Assembly: GCA_965116325.1 (NCBI GenBank)
Contig: OZ220675.1
Coordinates: 385,138-449,137 of the forward strand
Direction of reading: 5' to 3'
Length of the DNA: 64,000 nucleotides
Origin: Dehalococcoidia bacterium
GTDB lineage: Bacteria > Chloroflexota > Dehalococcoidia > Lucifugimonadales > JAGWBF01
The position numbers and the translations under genes were made by a program. Of this stretch, positions 43,774-53,388 are shown in pieces; the first letter of the stretch is position 1, and each line of letters opens with the position of its first letter. Below the pieces are notes generated by a model. It worked only from the letters and a program-made list of their open reading frames with translations. It ran no database searches and was not told the origin of the DNA.

Positions 43774-44229
43774 CTAGCCCTTATCGACGATCTTCACATC
43801 CACGGTTACATCCGGGGTCGCCACGGCGACCGCACCATACAGCGGTCAACGGCGTCTATAGGCGGCCACCAGCTCCTGGGCCTGATCGTCGTCGATTCCC
43901 GTAAGCTCGAAGTTCATGTGCATCCCGTTGAATACCGAGACTTCCTCGTAGAGGGGCGCCGCCTCGTTGTCCCGCACCGACTCAGCGGTGACGTTCACCC
44001 ACTGGAGGGGAACCTGGGACTCCCTGGCCAAGCGCTCCACCATGTTCACGGCGCAGGAAACGATGCCGGCCAGGAAAGCTTCGCCTGAGCCTATCTCCTC
44101 GCCGGGGGAGCCGGCGTAGCTGGGGCCATCCACGACAAAGTGATGGTTGCGGGCATTGACCAGCGCCCGCCCTGGAGTGCCGGTGCTGTAGGAACGTACC
44201 AGCGTCTTGCTGTACCTGTCAGTTGTCAT
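43774..44229 (-). CDS. OsmC/Ohr-family peroxiredoxin, predicted selenoprotein (UGA at 43846-43848)
   Basis: The tracked ORF stops at ...ELVAAYRRR-TGA. Read-through gives U-PLYGAVAVATPDVTVDVKIVDKG-TAG, restoring the conserved C-terminal C-P motif and last beta-strands of OsmC. The first conserved Cys (GIVSCAVNM) is present. Confidence 0.8.
43816..43831 (-). promoter_or_regulatory. SECIS-like hairpin 3' of the OsmC UGA
   Basis: On the mRNA, GGUCGC-CGUG-GCGACC begins 14 nt after the UGA (positions 43831 down to 43816). The apical loop contains GU. Confidence 0.45.
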
Positions 44230-44341
44230 AGAGCATCTCCTTAATGATCAAAATTTCTTACGGAGACCCTTCGCGGTTTGTCCCCCATGAGTCGTGATCC
44301 AGCATACCCCATGCCCTAGCCCAGCATCAAGATACCAGCCT

Positions 44342-45187
44342 CTAGCTGGGCGACCAGTTGTAGATTCTCATTAGCGTTTCGCCCATCAGAGTGGACCGCT
44401 CCGATTCGGAGAGCCAGTCGGGCGCCCGGAAAGCCTCGACTCCCTGCTCGTAGGTCAAGAGCCTCACCGCCCTGGTCCAGTCTGTGCCCCACAGGCAGCG
44501 GTCCAGCCCGTAGGCTTGGAAGACGCGCCCCAGGGGCTCCCGGATATCAAGGTACGGGAAGGGTTCGTGGGACAAAGTGCAGGCCCCTGAAATCTTGATG
44601 GCCACGTTGTCCAGGGACGCCGTCTCAAGGACGTTGTCGAGGTCGGCGAATGGTTCGTCCGGGGGCGGCGGGAAGAAGGGCTGGGTGATTCCGACGTGAT
44701 CGATGATGATCTGGGTGTTGGGGTTGCGACGGGCCAGCTCACGCAGCAGAGGCAGCTTGCCTGAAGCCATGACGTTCACCGGAACGCCAGCCCGAGCGCC
44801 TGCGGCAAAGATGGCATTCAGACCCGGGTGGTCTGCTTCGTACTCCTGGGCACCCAGCATTACCCGGGCGCCCACTACTCCTGGCATCGCGGTCCACTGG
44901 GCGATGTCCTCGTCGATGGTCTGCGACTCCGGGTCGAAGGGTCGCACCAGACCAAACTTGTACGGATGCTGAGCATACACATCGAGGACATAGCTAGGAT
45001 CGTACCGGTACAGCGAGTATGGTGAAATCAGGATAGCTCCGTCAACACCCACGGCGTCCATGGCCGCAACCATGTCGTCGCCCGTAACCTCTTCCGGGCC
45101 CTCCAGGTGTCCCTGCCATGGGCGTCCGGGATGATTCCGCTCGAAACAATGTACCTGGCAATCTACGGTAGGGGTACCTTCAGCCAT
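44342..45187 (-). CDS. Amidohydrolase-2 (TIM-barrel metal-dependent hydrolase/decarboxylase) family protein
   Basis: Carries VDCQVHCF (HxH-like), IIIDHVG and WGTDW, typical of PF04909-type enzymes. Confidence 0.8.
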   Translation of the reverse strand: MAEGTPTVDCQVHCFERNHPGRPWQGHLEGPEEVTGDDMVAAMDAVGVDGAILISPYSLYRYDPSYVLDVYAQHPYKFGLVRPFDPESQTIDEDIAQWTAMPGVVGARVMLGAQEYEADHPGLNAIFAAGARAGVPVNVMASGKLPLLRELARRNPNTQIIIDHVGITQPFFPPPPDEPFADLDNVLETASLDNVAIKISGACTLSHEPFPYLDIREPLGRVFQAYGLDRCLWGTDWTRAVRLLTYEQGVEAFRAPDWLSESERSTLMGETLMRIYNWSPS

Positions 45188-45226
45188 GATCTCCCCTTTC
45201 TTCTGTGCTTAGGCTGGAAACGGTGT

Positions 45227-46822
45227 TCAACTCGCCGCGATCCAATCTACCACGCGCTCTCCGATCATGAGGGCTGTGGGATGGAGCCCGCCGGACCTGG
45301 GAATCCTCGGCACCACCGATGCATCGGCGACCCATAGGCCCCGTGCTCCCCTCACCCGGCAGTACTGGTCAACCACCGCCGTCGGGTCCGAGTCCGGCCC
45401 CATCCTACAGGTCCCGGACACATGCCTGGCGGTTCCCACCGTCTGGCGCATCCACAGGTCCAGGGCATCGTCGTCACCCAAGACATCGTCCGTGGGACCG
45501 ATGCGAGATTCCGACACATCCCTGTACGCGTCAGATTGAAGCAGCCTTGCCGCGAATCGCACTCCCTCCCTCACCCGCCGCACATCCTTGGGGTGCTGCA
45601 GGTAGCAATAGTTGAACGAAGGCTGGAGGCTGGGGTCAGCGGAAGCGAGTCGCACGTACCCGGAGCCTTCCGGCAGCCCCAGCGTGCACGTTATGCGGGC
45701 AGCTCGCTCGGGCGAGACGTCCCCAGTGAGGTACCTGGTACGTACGCCGGCGACCCGCTCCTCCCGCTCGTCAACCACGGTGCTGGTCCTGAGCACCATA
45801 TCGTTGACCTCCCTCGATCCGCTGGAGGTGTAGTGCAGGCAGAAGTGGGGCGCATCGAGGCCAGTGGTAAGGCTCCTCCCATCCTTGACCTTGTAAGTAA
45901 CGGGGACACTGAGGTGGTTCCAAAGACTCTGGCCCACACCGGTCAGGTCATAAAGGCAGGGAATCCCGAACTGCCTGAGCTGGTACTGGGGGCCGATCCC
46001 GGACAGCATGAGGAGCTGGGGAGACCTGATGGCTCCGGCGCACAAGACGATCCGTTCTCCCTGCAGTGTGAACACCTCACCACCGCTCTCGGCCTGCACA
46101 CCCACGGCCCTGTCACCCTTGAAGAGTATCGTCTGTACGTGCGCCCGCCCCCGGACTATCAGGTTCATGCGGTGGCGCATCGGGCCAAGGTGAGTCAGGG
46201 CTGAGCTCATCCTGACGCCGTCAAAATTATTGGTGGGGGTTACCCCAACTCCGGTCGGGTTAGGCCCGTTGGTATCCCTGGTAAAGCCGAATCCCGCTTG
46301 AAGACAGGCATTATGGAAGGCCCGCTGGATATCCGGCCAGTCGGCAGACTGGCGGCGCCTTACAGGTATGGGGCCATCAGTCCCATGGAAGTCATCCTGG
46401 ACATCCAGGTCCCTCTCCATTCGTTTGAAGAAGGGCAGTACCTTGGTATAGGACCACTGGTCGTTGCCCATGGAGGACCAGAGGTCGTAATCCTCAGGGA
46501 ACCCCCTCTGCATGGCCTGCCCGTTTATGGACGACCCTCCCCCAATCACCTTCCCCTGGGCTACGTGTATCTGGCCCTGCTCCTCGGTGATGGTACCCCG
46601 CAGCGCCCAGTTGTGTTCGGACTCCGGGGATTCAGCGTACCTGGTGTGGCCGAACCTAATCTCGTCGGGCAGACGTGCAGGATCGGGATAGTCGTTTCCT
46701 GCCTCCAGCAGTAGGACCGACATGTCGGTGTATTCAGCCAGTCTGCCAGCCAGCACCGATCCCGACCCTCCACCACCGACCACAATAACGTCGTAAATCA
46801 TGGGCCCTCCAATGCTGGGCAT
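45227..46822 (-). CDS. GMC-family FAD oxidoreductase (choline-dehydrogenase-like)
   Basis: Carries YDVIVVGGGGSGSVLAGRLAE, the GMC signature GGSSINGQ and the C-terminal HVSGTCRMG. Confidence 0.92.
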   Translation of the reverse strand: MPSIGGPMIYDVIVVGGGGSGSVLAGRLAEYTDMSVLLLEAGNDYPDPARLPDEIRFGHTRYAESPESEHNWALRGTITEEQGQIHVAQGKVIGGGSSINGQAMQRGFPEDYDLWSSMGNDQWSYTKVLPFFKRMERDLDVQDDFHGTDGPIPVRRRQSADWPDIQRAFHNACLQAGFGFTRDTNGPNPTGVGVTPTNNFDGVRMSSALTHLGPMRHRMNLIVRGRAHVQTILFKGDRAVGVQAESGGEVFTLQGERIVLCAGAIRSPQLLMLSGIGPQYQLRQFGIPCLYDLTGVGQSLWNHLSVPVTYKVKDGRSLTTGLDAPHFCLHYTSSGSREVNDMVLRTSTVVDEREERVAGVRTRYLTGDVSPERAARITCTLGLPEGSGYVRLASADPSLQPSFNYCYLQHPKDVRRVREGVRFAARLLQSDAYRDVSESRIGPTDDVLGDDDALDLWMRQTVGTARHVSGTCRMGPDSDPTAVVDQYCRVRGARGLWVADASVVPRIPRSGGLHPTALMIGERVVDWIAAS

Positions 46823-47026
46823 CTCGGTCTACTTGGATGCAGGGATTATAGCCCTTGGCCTGCCAAGCATGAAGGCTTGCTCACGATCCAACCAACAGAC
46901 GCAACGGCGAATTGCCACTATATTTCCCGTTTTCCCATTGGATTTAGATAGGAAGGAAGTGATAACATCCGTCGGGAGTTTTGCTCACTGGTTAGAAGTA
47001 GTCTTGGGAAAGGGAAGACGCCTCGA

Positions 47027-49558
47027 ATGAAGAACAGTACCTTGATGGCCATCCCGGCTGTGGAAGCCCGCATACTCATGCTTGCAGCATTGTGCGCGGC
47101 GGCCACTCTATTCATCGCGTTGATCAGCTTGGGATGGTTCGGCACCGTCAGCGCCCAAGAAGGGCCGGCTTGCGAAACCATCGACCTGGGCACCCTCGGC
47201 ACGGAGCCTCAAGCTGTGCTGACCGCAGATGGGCGCTGGACAACCGAGGACTGCGAATCCGGATTCCGGCCGGGCAGCGATGCCCACACCTATCGCTTTT
47301 CGGTAGCCGAAGAGGGCCGTGTCAGAATCGACCTAAAGTCCGCCGAGGGTGATTCCTATCTCTACCTGTTGAATGAAGAAGGTCGTCGCATAGCGGACAA
47401 CGACGACGGGGGCGTGGGTGTCGACGCGCGGGTCGAACGCGATCTGGATCCAGGCACTTACCTGGTTGAGGCAACAACCGTCGGCGGTCGCAAACGCGGG
47501 GCCGCAGATTTCTCCCTCTCGATCAGTTACGTTGCAGGCTGTGATCCGGTCAATCTCGGCTCGCTAACACCCGGGACCGACCTGACTGCATCAGGCTCTT
47601 GGACCATCGATACCTGCGGCTCGCGATTCGTGGTGGAACATCCCGCCCACGGCTACCTGTTTGACCTACCAGAAGACGGCCGAGTACGTATCGACCTGAC
47701 GTCCGAAGACGGAGACCCGGTTCTGTCCCTAGTCTCCCTGACTGAGGGATTGATCTCCGCCAACGATGACGGAGGCGACGGACGAAACTCACGGATAGAG
47801 CGTTTTCTAGAGGCTGGCAGCTACTTGTTGGAGGCCACCACCTACTTGGAGCGGGACTATCAGCCCCTCAGGGCCGACTTCGACCTTGTGGTCCATCTGG
47901 TGGACGAGGATGTAGGGCGGGACATGCCCCTGATCAAGATCGAGGATGTACATACCCCAGAGCATGTGGTGGCCGGCCAGCCCTTCGACGTCCACTATCG
48001 TATTGGCAACGTAGGTGATGGCGGCTTGGCTGACATCGGAGGCAGAGTCTACGTGTACGTGGTAGGTCCCAGAATATTCGAAGGGCCTATCATCATGACC
48101 GGTTCAGGGGAGCGCCTGCAGGCTGGCGCCTCTTACCACACCGGGGAGGAGACCTCGACTGCTCAGAGCGTCGAGGCTAATGCTGTTCAGCCCTTCGAGG
48201 TAACATTTAGTCAGCCTGGACCCACTTGGTTGTTTGTTGCGGTCATAACTGAAGACAGGTCAGAGAATGAGATTGGGTTCTATGGGCTTTGGAAGAACCT
48301 CATGGTGCTGAGCGGCACGACCTTCGACGAGGTAACTGTCCAAGTCGACGATATGGAATACTCGGTCGAAGCTGAGGCAGACGATGAGGGAATCGTTACA
48401 AATACTGTAACTTCGGTCTCCGACGAAGATGCCGAGATCGACCCATCTGTGCAAGCGAAGGCCATCTACACCGCCGGTGTACATACCCAAGTTCTGGATG
48501 GCATCTTCGACGAGCCGGAACTTGCGGGGTTGTCGACGACAGGAAGATCGACAGCGGTCAGCCTGGATGGAGTGTCAACTGCAGCGTTGCTGAAGGGGTT
48601 CGCGGCCGAGTACAAGGGCGCCATTGACGCGTCGGGTCTGGGCGACTCCCTGAATGCAGAGGAAGCCCTGAGCCCGATTGAAGTAGAGGATGTGGTGCTT
48701 GCCAACGCCAACACTGCATCGGCCCACTTTGTCTCCCTGGCTGGAAATTGGACATCCCTGCAAACCAAGACCCTTCTAAGGGAGCCTATAACGTTTGAGG
48801 AGGCCCGCGACCTCCATGCCCAGTTCTCCTACGCTGAGCGCGTCCTGTCCCCCGCTATTGCGGCCGGCGAGGCTGTGGAGGCGGCCCGCGCTGCGGAGTC
48901 GGGCTGGAATGACCCCGATGTCCGGGCCATGGTCGACGACATTACGGGCCGGACTGCCTGCGGGAACAGGGCAGCCAATCTACAGAGCGTCTTCGAGGAG
49001 GCAGGAACAACAGACTTCGCGGGGCTGGCCAGGCTGGATACAGAAATGCGCGCCGCTTCGCCCATATTCGGTCTGAGAAACGACGCCGTCTTGTGTGCTG
49101 TGGGAGAGGCTGATGGCGAGAATATGCGGTTCTTGCAAGGGCTTGCCATAGCCGACAACAACGAGGTCCTGGAGGCCCTCGGATACCCGCAGACAACGGA
49201 ACCCGCGACTGCTCCTCCACATCGGATCAGAATCATAGCCAGGATGGCTGAGGACGGGCGGATCGAGCACGGTATCGAGCTCGCCAGCGGCGTCCAGATG
49301 GTGCCGTCCAAACGCTATCTGCCGGCCAACTCTCCCGCCGGCGAATGGCGAGTCAGCAGCGACGTTACGGCGGACAACGATCCTATCGGCAGGATTCAGT
49401 CGAGGCGCTTGGCCGACGGCAGGGTTGAGGTAGCTTTTGTTACTGCATCGGGCGAGACTATCACTCCCGACCCACGTTTCTTGAACGCCGATATCCCAGC
49501 GGGTGTATGGCTTCGCAGCGGCGAGATTTCCGTGCCCTCGGGGCAGAGCCTGGAGTAG
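47027..49558 (+). CDS. Large secreted or membrane-anchored repeat protein (two PPC-like domains, unknown middle part, two C-terminal ~50-aa repeats)
   Basis: N-terminal hydrophobic segment with ..VSAQE. Two repeats contain D(S/P).L.L......I(A/S)(D/A)NDDGG. The C-terminal repeats are DGR(I/V)E....ASG....P..R(Y/F)L.A..PAG.W. Family assignment is weak. Confidence 0.7.
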   Translation: MKNSTLMAIPAVEARILMLAALCAAATLFIALISLGWFGTVSAQEGPACETIDLGTLGTEPQAVLTADGRWTTEDCESGFRPGSDAHTYRFSVAEEGRVRIDLKSAEGDSYLYLLNEEGRRIADNDDGGVGVDARVERDLDPGTYLVEATTVGGRKRGAADFSLSISYVAGCDPVNLGSLTPGTDLTASGSWTIDTCGSRFVVEHPAHGYLFDLPEDGRVRIDLTSEDGDPVLSLVSLTEGLISANDDGGDGRNSRIERFLEAGSYLLEATTYLERDYQPLRADFDLVVHLVDEDVGRDMPLIKIEDVHTPEHVVAGQPFDVHYRIGNVGDGGLADIGGRVYVYVVGPRIFEGPIIMTGSGERLQAGASYHTGEETSTAQSVEANAVQPFEVTFSQPGPTWLFVAVITEDRSENEIGFYGLWKNLMVLSGTTFDEVTVQVDDMEYSVEAEADDEGIVTNTVTSVSDEDAEIDPSVQAKAIYTAGVHTQVLDGIFDEPELAGLSTTGRSTAVSLDGVSTAALLKGFAAEYKGAIDASGLGDSLNAEEALSPIEVEDVVLANANTASAHFVSLAGNWTSLQTKTLLREPITFEEARDLHAQFSYAERVLSPAIAAGEAVEAARAAESGWNDPDVRAMVDDITGRTACGNRAANLQSVFEEAGTTDFAGLARLDTEMRAASPIFGLRNDAVLCAVGEADGENMRFLQGLAIADNNEVLEALGYPQTTEPATAPPHRIRIIARMAEDGRIEHGIELASGVQMVPSKRYLPANSPAGEWRVSSDVTADNDPIGRIQSRRLADGRVEVAFVTASGETITPDPRFLNADIPAGVWLRSGEISVPSGQSLE

Positions 49559-49627
49559 CAGCGGGCTTCGAGGAATACTGCAGCACCCGGCCAGCCGGGT
49601 GCTGCGAGCATTGGATCCTACCGGGCC

Positions 49628-51412
49628 TTAGCAGAGGTTTCCGTCGCTTTCCTTCCAGCCCTTCGCCTGCTCCAGCATCTCAAGGGCATTGTTGCGGGCT
49701 GCACCCGTACCGGAGCCGAGCATCTGGCTAAGCTCCGCTACCTTGGCTTCGTCAGCCAAGACCTCCACTAAAGTTACGGTCCTATTGTCCGAGGCAAGTT
49801 TTGCGACCTTAATGTGCCGGTCTGCATAGCTCGCAATCTGCGGGAGGTGGGTGACACATAGCACTTGGTGACTCTTGGACAGTCCCCATAGCTTTTGTCC
49901 CAGGACACTTCCGACTCGACCCCCTATGCCTGCATCCACCTCGTCAAACACCAAAACCGGGATCTGGTCCGCTTCACTCAAGACACTCTTTATGGCGAGC
50001 ATCAGCCTGGAGGCCTCGCCGCCGGAGGCGATCCTGGCCAGGGGTCGCGGTGGTTCGCCCAAGTTCAAGGAGATCAAGAACTCCACCGAGTCTATCCCTG
50101 TGGCGCTTAAGGCGAAGCGCCTAGCATCTTCTCCGTTTGAAAGTGTGGCACCCCGGCCTGGGTCGCCAGTCCAAACCGGCACACCATCCTCAGAGGGTGT
50201 TTGATTGATATCCACGTGCACCTGAGCGCGTTCCACGGCCAGGCCGGCGATCTCTCCCTCCACGGCATCAGCCAAGCTCGCGGCTGCTTCGCGCCGTCGC
50301 TTAGAGAGCTGTCCTGCCACCTCGCCAACCTGCCGACGAAGCTCCACCTCTTGAGATTTCAACCCCTCGGCGCGCTCTTCGCTGCGATCCAAGTCATCAA
50401 GGTCTTCGGAAACCTTCTCAGCAAATCCCAGGACTTCCTCGATGGTGCTGCCGTACTTCCTCTTTAGACCCCTGATCAAGTCCAGGCGCCCCTCAAGTTC
50501 CTGAAGACGTTCGGGGTTGTATTCGATGCTGTCGCGATAGCTCCGTAGTGTGCGCCCCAACTCGTCTATTTGGTGGGTCAAGGCGTTTGCCGCCTCAAAT
50601 TCCTGGGTGACCGAGGGGTCCAGTTTCCCCAGCTGTGCTAGATGCTGGGTTACCTGTCCCATCAAGTCAATGACCGAGTCTCGCTGGTCGGGGCTGTCGT
50701 ACAGGGCGCGATATGCTTGGTCGGAGAGCATGATGATTTGTTCTGCGTTCGCCAACCTGTCCCGCTCGAGGGCCAGGTCTTCGTCCTCGCCTTGCCGAAG
50801 GTTAGCGGAACGGATCTCTTCCATCTGATATCTGAGAAAATCCACCCGCTGGGCAAGCTCCCGTCCCTCCACCTGGAGCCGATCCAACTCCCGGCGCACG
50901 TCCGTCAGGTGGCGGACCCCCTCCGTCACCTGGGTATGGAGCTCCCATAGCCCGCCAAACTTGTCCAGGATGTCTATGTGCTCACGGACGCGGAATAAGG
51001 ACAGGTGCTCATTCTGGCCGTGGATGTCCACTAGGTATTCAGCCAGAGCGCTCAACAGCCTGAGAGGCACGATGCGCCCGTTCACTCGACACAAATTGCG
51101 CCCATCCAGGTTGACCTCACGGGCTAGAATCAGCTCCTCCTCACCAGTGTCAATCTCGTATTCACCCAGAGCGCCTCTGATCTTCTGCACAAGGTCGCCG
51201 TTTAGCAGGAAGACGCCCTCTACCCTGGCCTGAAGTGTCCCGGAACGCACATTGCCCGCGTCGGCCCGTCCACCTAATAGCAGGCTCAGCGCATCTACGA
51301 TGATGGACTTGCCAGCCCCGGTTTCCCCGGTTAGAACGTTAAAGCCGGGTTCCAGCTCCATTTCAAGCTGCTCTATCGTTGCGAAGTTGGTGATGCTGAT
51401 GAATCTGAGCAT
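49628..51412 (-). CDS. recN: DNA repair protein RecN
   Basis: Carries MLRFISITNFATIE..., Walker A GETGAGKS, SGGEASR and VLVFDEVDAGIGG. The start was set at the ATG at 51412. Confidence 0.93.
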   Translation of the reverse strand: MLRFISITNFATIEQLEMELEPGFNVLTGETGAGKSIIVDALSLLLGGRADAGNVRSGTLQARVEGVFLLNGDLVQKIRGALGEYEIDTGEEELILAREVNLDGRNLCRVNGRIVPLRLLSALAEYLVDIHGQNEHLSLFRVREHIDILDKFGGLWELHTQVTEGVRHLTDVRRELDRLQVEGRELAQRVDFLRYQMEEIRSANLRQGEDEDLALERDRLANAEQIIMLSDQAYRALYDSPDQRDSVIDLMGQVTQHLAQLGKLDPSVTQEFEAANALTHQIDELGRTLRSYRDSIEYNPERLQELEGRLDLIRGLKRKYGSTIEEVLGFAEKVSEDLDDLDRSEERAEGLKSQEVELRRQVGEVAGQLSKRRREAAASLADAVEGEIAGLAVERAQVHVDINQTPSEDGVPVWTGDPGRGATLSNGEDARRFALSATGIDSVEFLISLNLGEPPRPLARIASGGEASRLMLAIKSVLSEADQIPVLVFDEVDAGIGGRVGSVLGQKLWGLSKSHQVLCVTHLPQIASYADRHIKVAKLASDNRTVTLVEVLADEAKVAELSQMLGSGTGAARNNALEMLEQAKGWKESDGNLC

Positions 51413-51608
51413 GGCAATGTCCGATGGGCCCGCGCGATGCTTGACCACCGCCCGGCCGTTCTACCACCCTTTGAGTTAGTCCTGCAACGTCAAGCTTTAA
51501 GGACTGAGAAACCGAAAACCATCCGGTTTATGTCAAGTCTTTCGAAGGCTAGCCGAATGGTGCGCACTTGGGGCGCTGGATTCCCTCTGAGATCCTGAAT
51601 AGAAAGCC

Positions 51609-52670
51609 CTAGGTGCGGTGGAGTACCGACTGGGAGCCGGAACCGACGTTGGAGCGGTCCCTCGAAACCGGGGACAGGGGTGGGTCCCCCATGAGCACTC
51701 TTCTGACGTTTTCGAAGGCGTATTGCACTGACCGACCAGATCCTTCGGCGCTGGAACCTGCCATGTGGGGACTCAAGACCACATTGTTCAAGGCCAGCAA
51801 CGGATGCTCGGCAGTCATGGGTTCCGACTCGAAGACGTCCAAACCGGCGCCTGCTATTACGCCGTCGTGCAGCACTTCGCAGAGAGCATCCTGGTCTATA
51901 ACCGGACCCCGGCTGGTGTTGATCAAGAAGCTGGAGGGTTTCATCATTGCCAGCTGGTCTTTCCCGATCATCCCTCGAGTCGACGGCGTAAGGGGAACAT
52001 GGAGGGTGACAAAGTCTGACTCCCGCAGCAGCTGCTCCAAGGAGGTCGGCTCGGCAGCCAGCTCCCGCTGAACGTCGACGGCAACCTCTGACCTCGTATG
52101 GTATATCGTCCTAACTTCGAATCCCTTGAGTCGTCTCGCTACTGCCTGACCTGCAAATCCGAACCCAATAATTCCCACAACCTTGCCGTTGATCTCAACT
52201 AGTCGAGAAGGGGTCAGATTCCCATGCCATCGGCCTTCTTTCACTGAGACGTGCATTTCCAGCATTCTTCGGCACAAGGAGATCATCATGCCGATTGTGT
52301 GTTCAGCCATCGTAGGCGCATTTATCCCTGAGTTGTTGGCCACGGGAATGCCCAAGTCGAGGATTCCTTCTATATCCAGGCGGTTGTAACCCGAGGACAG
52401 AGTCTGGACTAGTTTAACCTTGGGACAATCCTCAAGCAGCTTTGCGGGGAACCATGGGGGCGTTGCGATCACCGCGTCTGCCTCCCGGCAAAGGGGGACC
52501 TTTTCCTCGTCTGGCAAGGCCAGATCCACCCAGGTGACATCCATGTCCGGCGGTGCTAAGTCCAGGATGAACTGAGGACGCTGCCTCTCGGGGGCCAAAA
52601 GCGCCACCCTCCATTTGCTCACTTCATGCCTCCTCGCCTGCCCACTGATTCCCCGATTATATTGGCTCAC
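51609..52670 (-). CDS. D-isomer-specific 2-hydroxyacid dehydrogenase (PGDH-like)
   Basis: Carries GIIGFGFAGQAVARRL, the TLHVPLT..T and RG..ID..AL motifs, and PHMAGSS. The exact start is uncertain. Confidence 0.88.
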   Translation of the reverse strand: MSQYNRGISGQARRHEVSKWRVALLAPERQRPQFILDLAPPDMDVTWVDLALPDEEKVPLCREADAVIATPPWFPAKLLEDCPKVKLVQTLSSGYNRLDIEGILDLGIPVANNSGINAPTMAEHTIGMMISLCRRMLEMHVSVKEGRWHGNLTPSRLVEINGKVVGIIGFGFAGQAVARRLKGFEVRTIYHTRSEVAVDVQRELAAEPTSLEQLLRESDFVTLHVPLTPSTRGMIGKDQLAMMKPSSFLINTSRGPVIDQDALCEVLHDGVIAGAGLDVFESEPMTAEHPLLALNNVVLSPHMAGSSAEGSGRSVQYAFENVRRVLMGDPPLSPVSRDRSNVGSGSQSVLHRT

Positions 52671-52777
52671 GGTCCTGTGCTTGCTGCCTGAGGAGAGCTC
52701 TTGGGCCCAACACTAGCTATGGCCGAGAGAACCGGCGCAAGCTTACATACAGAGGCGGGGGATAGTTTTGCTAGGGT

Positions 52778-53109
52778 TGGTGGAGACGGGGGAGGGTCGA
52801 ACTCCCCGTCCAGAAGGCAGCCCAGCTAGATATACTACAGGCTTATCCGGTCCTTAACTCTCGCCCTGCCGTGCTTCACCGGCATAACATGGCAGGCCTC
52901 AGCCGATGTTTCTTGAGCTGCCCTTATCGGCGTCTGGACAACAGCATCCCGGAATTATGGCGCCTGTGACCCAACCTCCGGGCATGGTCGGGGCAGACGA
53001 GCCGCCAGTTTAGGCGGCTAGGGCGAGTTCACGTTCGCCAGTTACTGTTTTGCCACCTGTTTAGCGAGGTGGATGGCACCTCGGCCTGCGATCCTCCAGG
53101 TTGGTCCCC
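52778..53109 (-). ncRNA. ssrA: tmRNA (ssrA), tag reading frame GGC GAA CGU GAA CUC GCC CUA GCC GCC UAA = GERELALAA
   Basis: On the reverse strand, the 5' GGGGACC... pairs with the 3' ...GGGGAGUUCGACCCUCCCCCGUCUCCACCA (tRNA-Ala-like acceptor with G3:U70, T-arm and encoded CCA). The tag ORF lies at 53010-53039. Confidence 0.9.
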
Positions 53110-53186
53110 TGTCGAACCCACGCGTCCCCAGATGTGTGAACACCCATATTATCCCACTTCTCACGCTTCCCCGTCCAGTGCCGAGC

Positions 53187-53209
53187 TGTCCATTCCCCTT
53201 CGATTTCCC
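53187..53209 (+). repeat. Copy of the dispersed 'tccccttcgatttc' element
   Basis: tgtccattccccttcgatttccc shares its core with 6975-6998 (reverse) and 57128-57148. Confidence 0.5.
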
Positions 53210-53277
53210 CCGGCCCGAACCGCCAAGTCGGGAGCACTGGGTCGTCCAAACCTTTCTTAACTGGTTGGATCATCGTC

Positions 53278-53297
53278 ATTGCGGCGGAGGCCGCAAT
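53278..53297. repeat. REP-like palindrome attgcggc-ggag-gccgcaat
   Basis: Perfect 8-bp inverted repeat. It is in inverted orientation relative to the copies at 53389 and 57351, and shares the flanks gtc...ctagga. Confidence 0.7.
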
Positions 53298-53388
53298 CTA
53301 GGACGGAGCGTCTCCGGGTTGCCGGCTGCCTCCAACATAGCGATCGACATGGCAGTAGGGAGTCTGGTTCCATCCCAAGGTATCCTGG

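Noticed and set aside
43750-44088. 112-aa plus-strand ORF overlapping the OsmC-like gene
   Set aside because: It is an antisense shadow of a gene with clear OsmC motifs, and it has no family signal.
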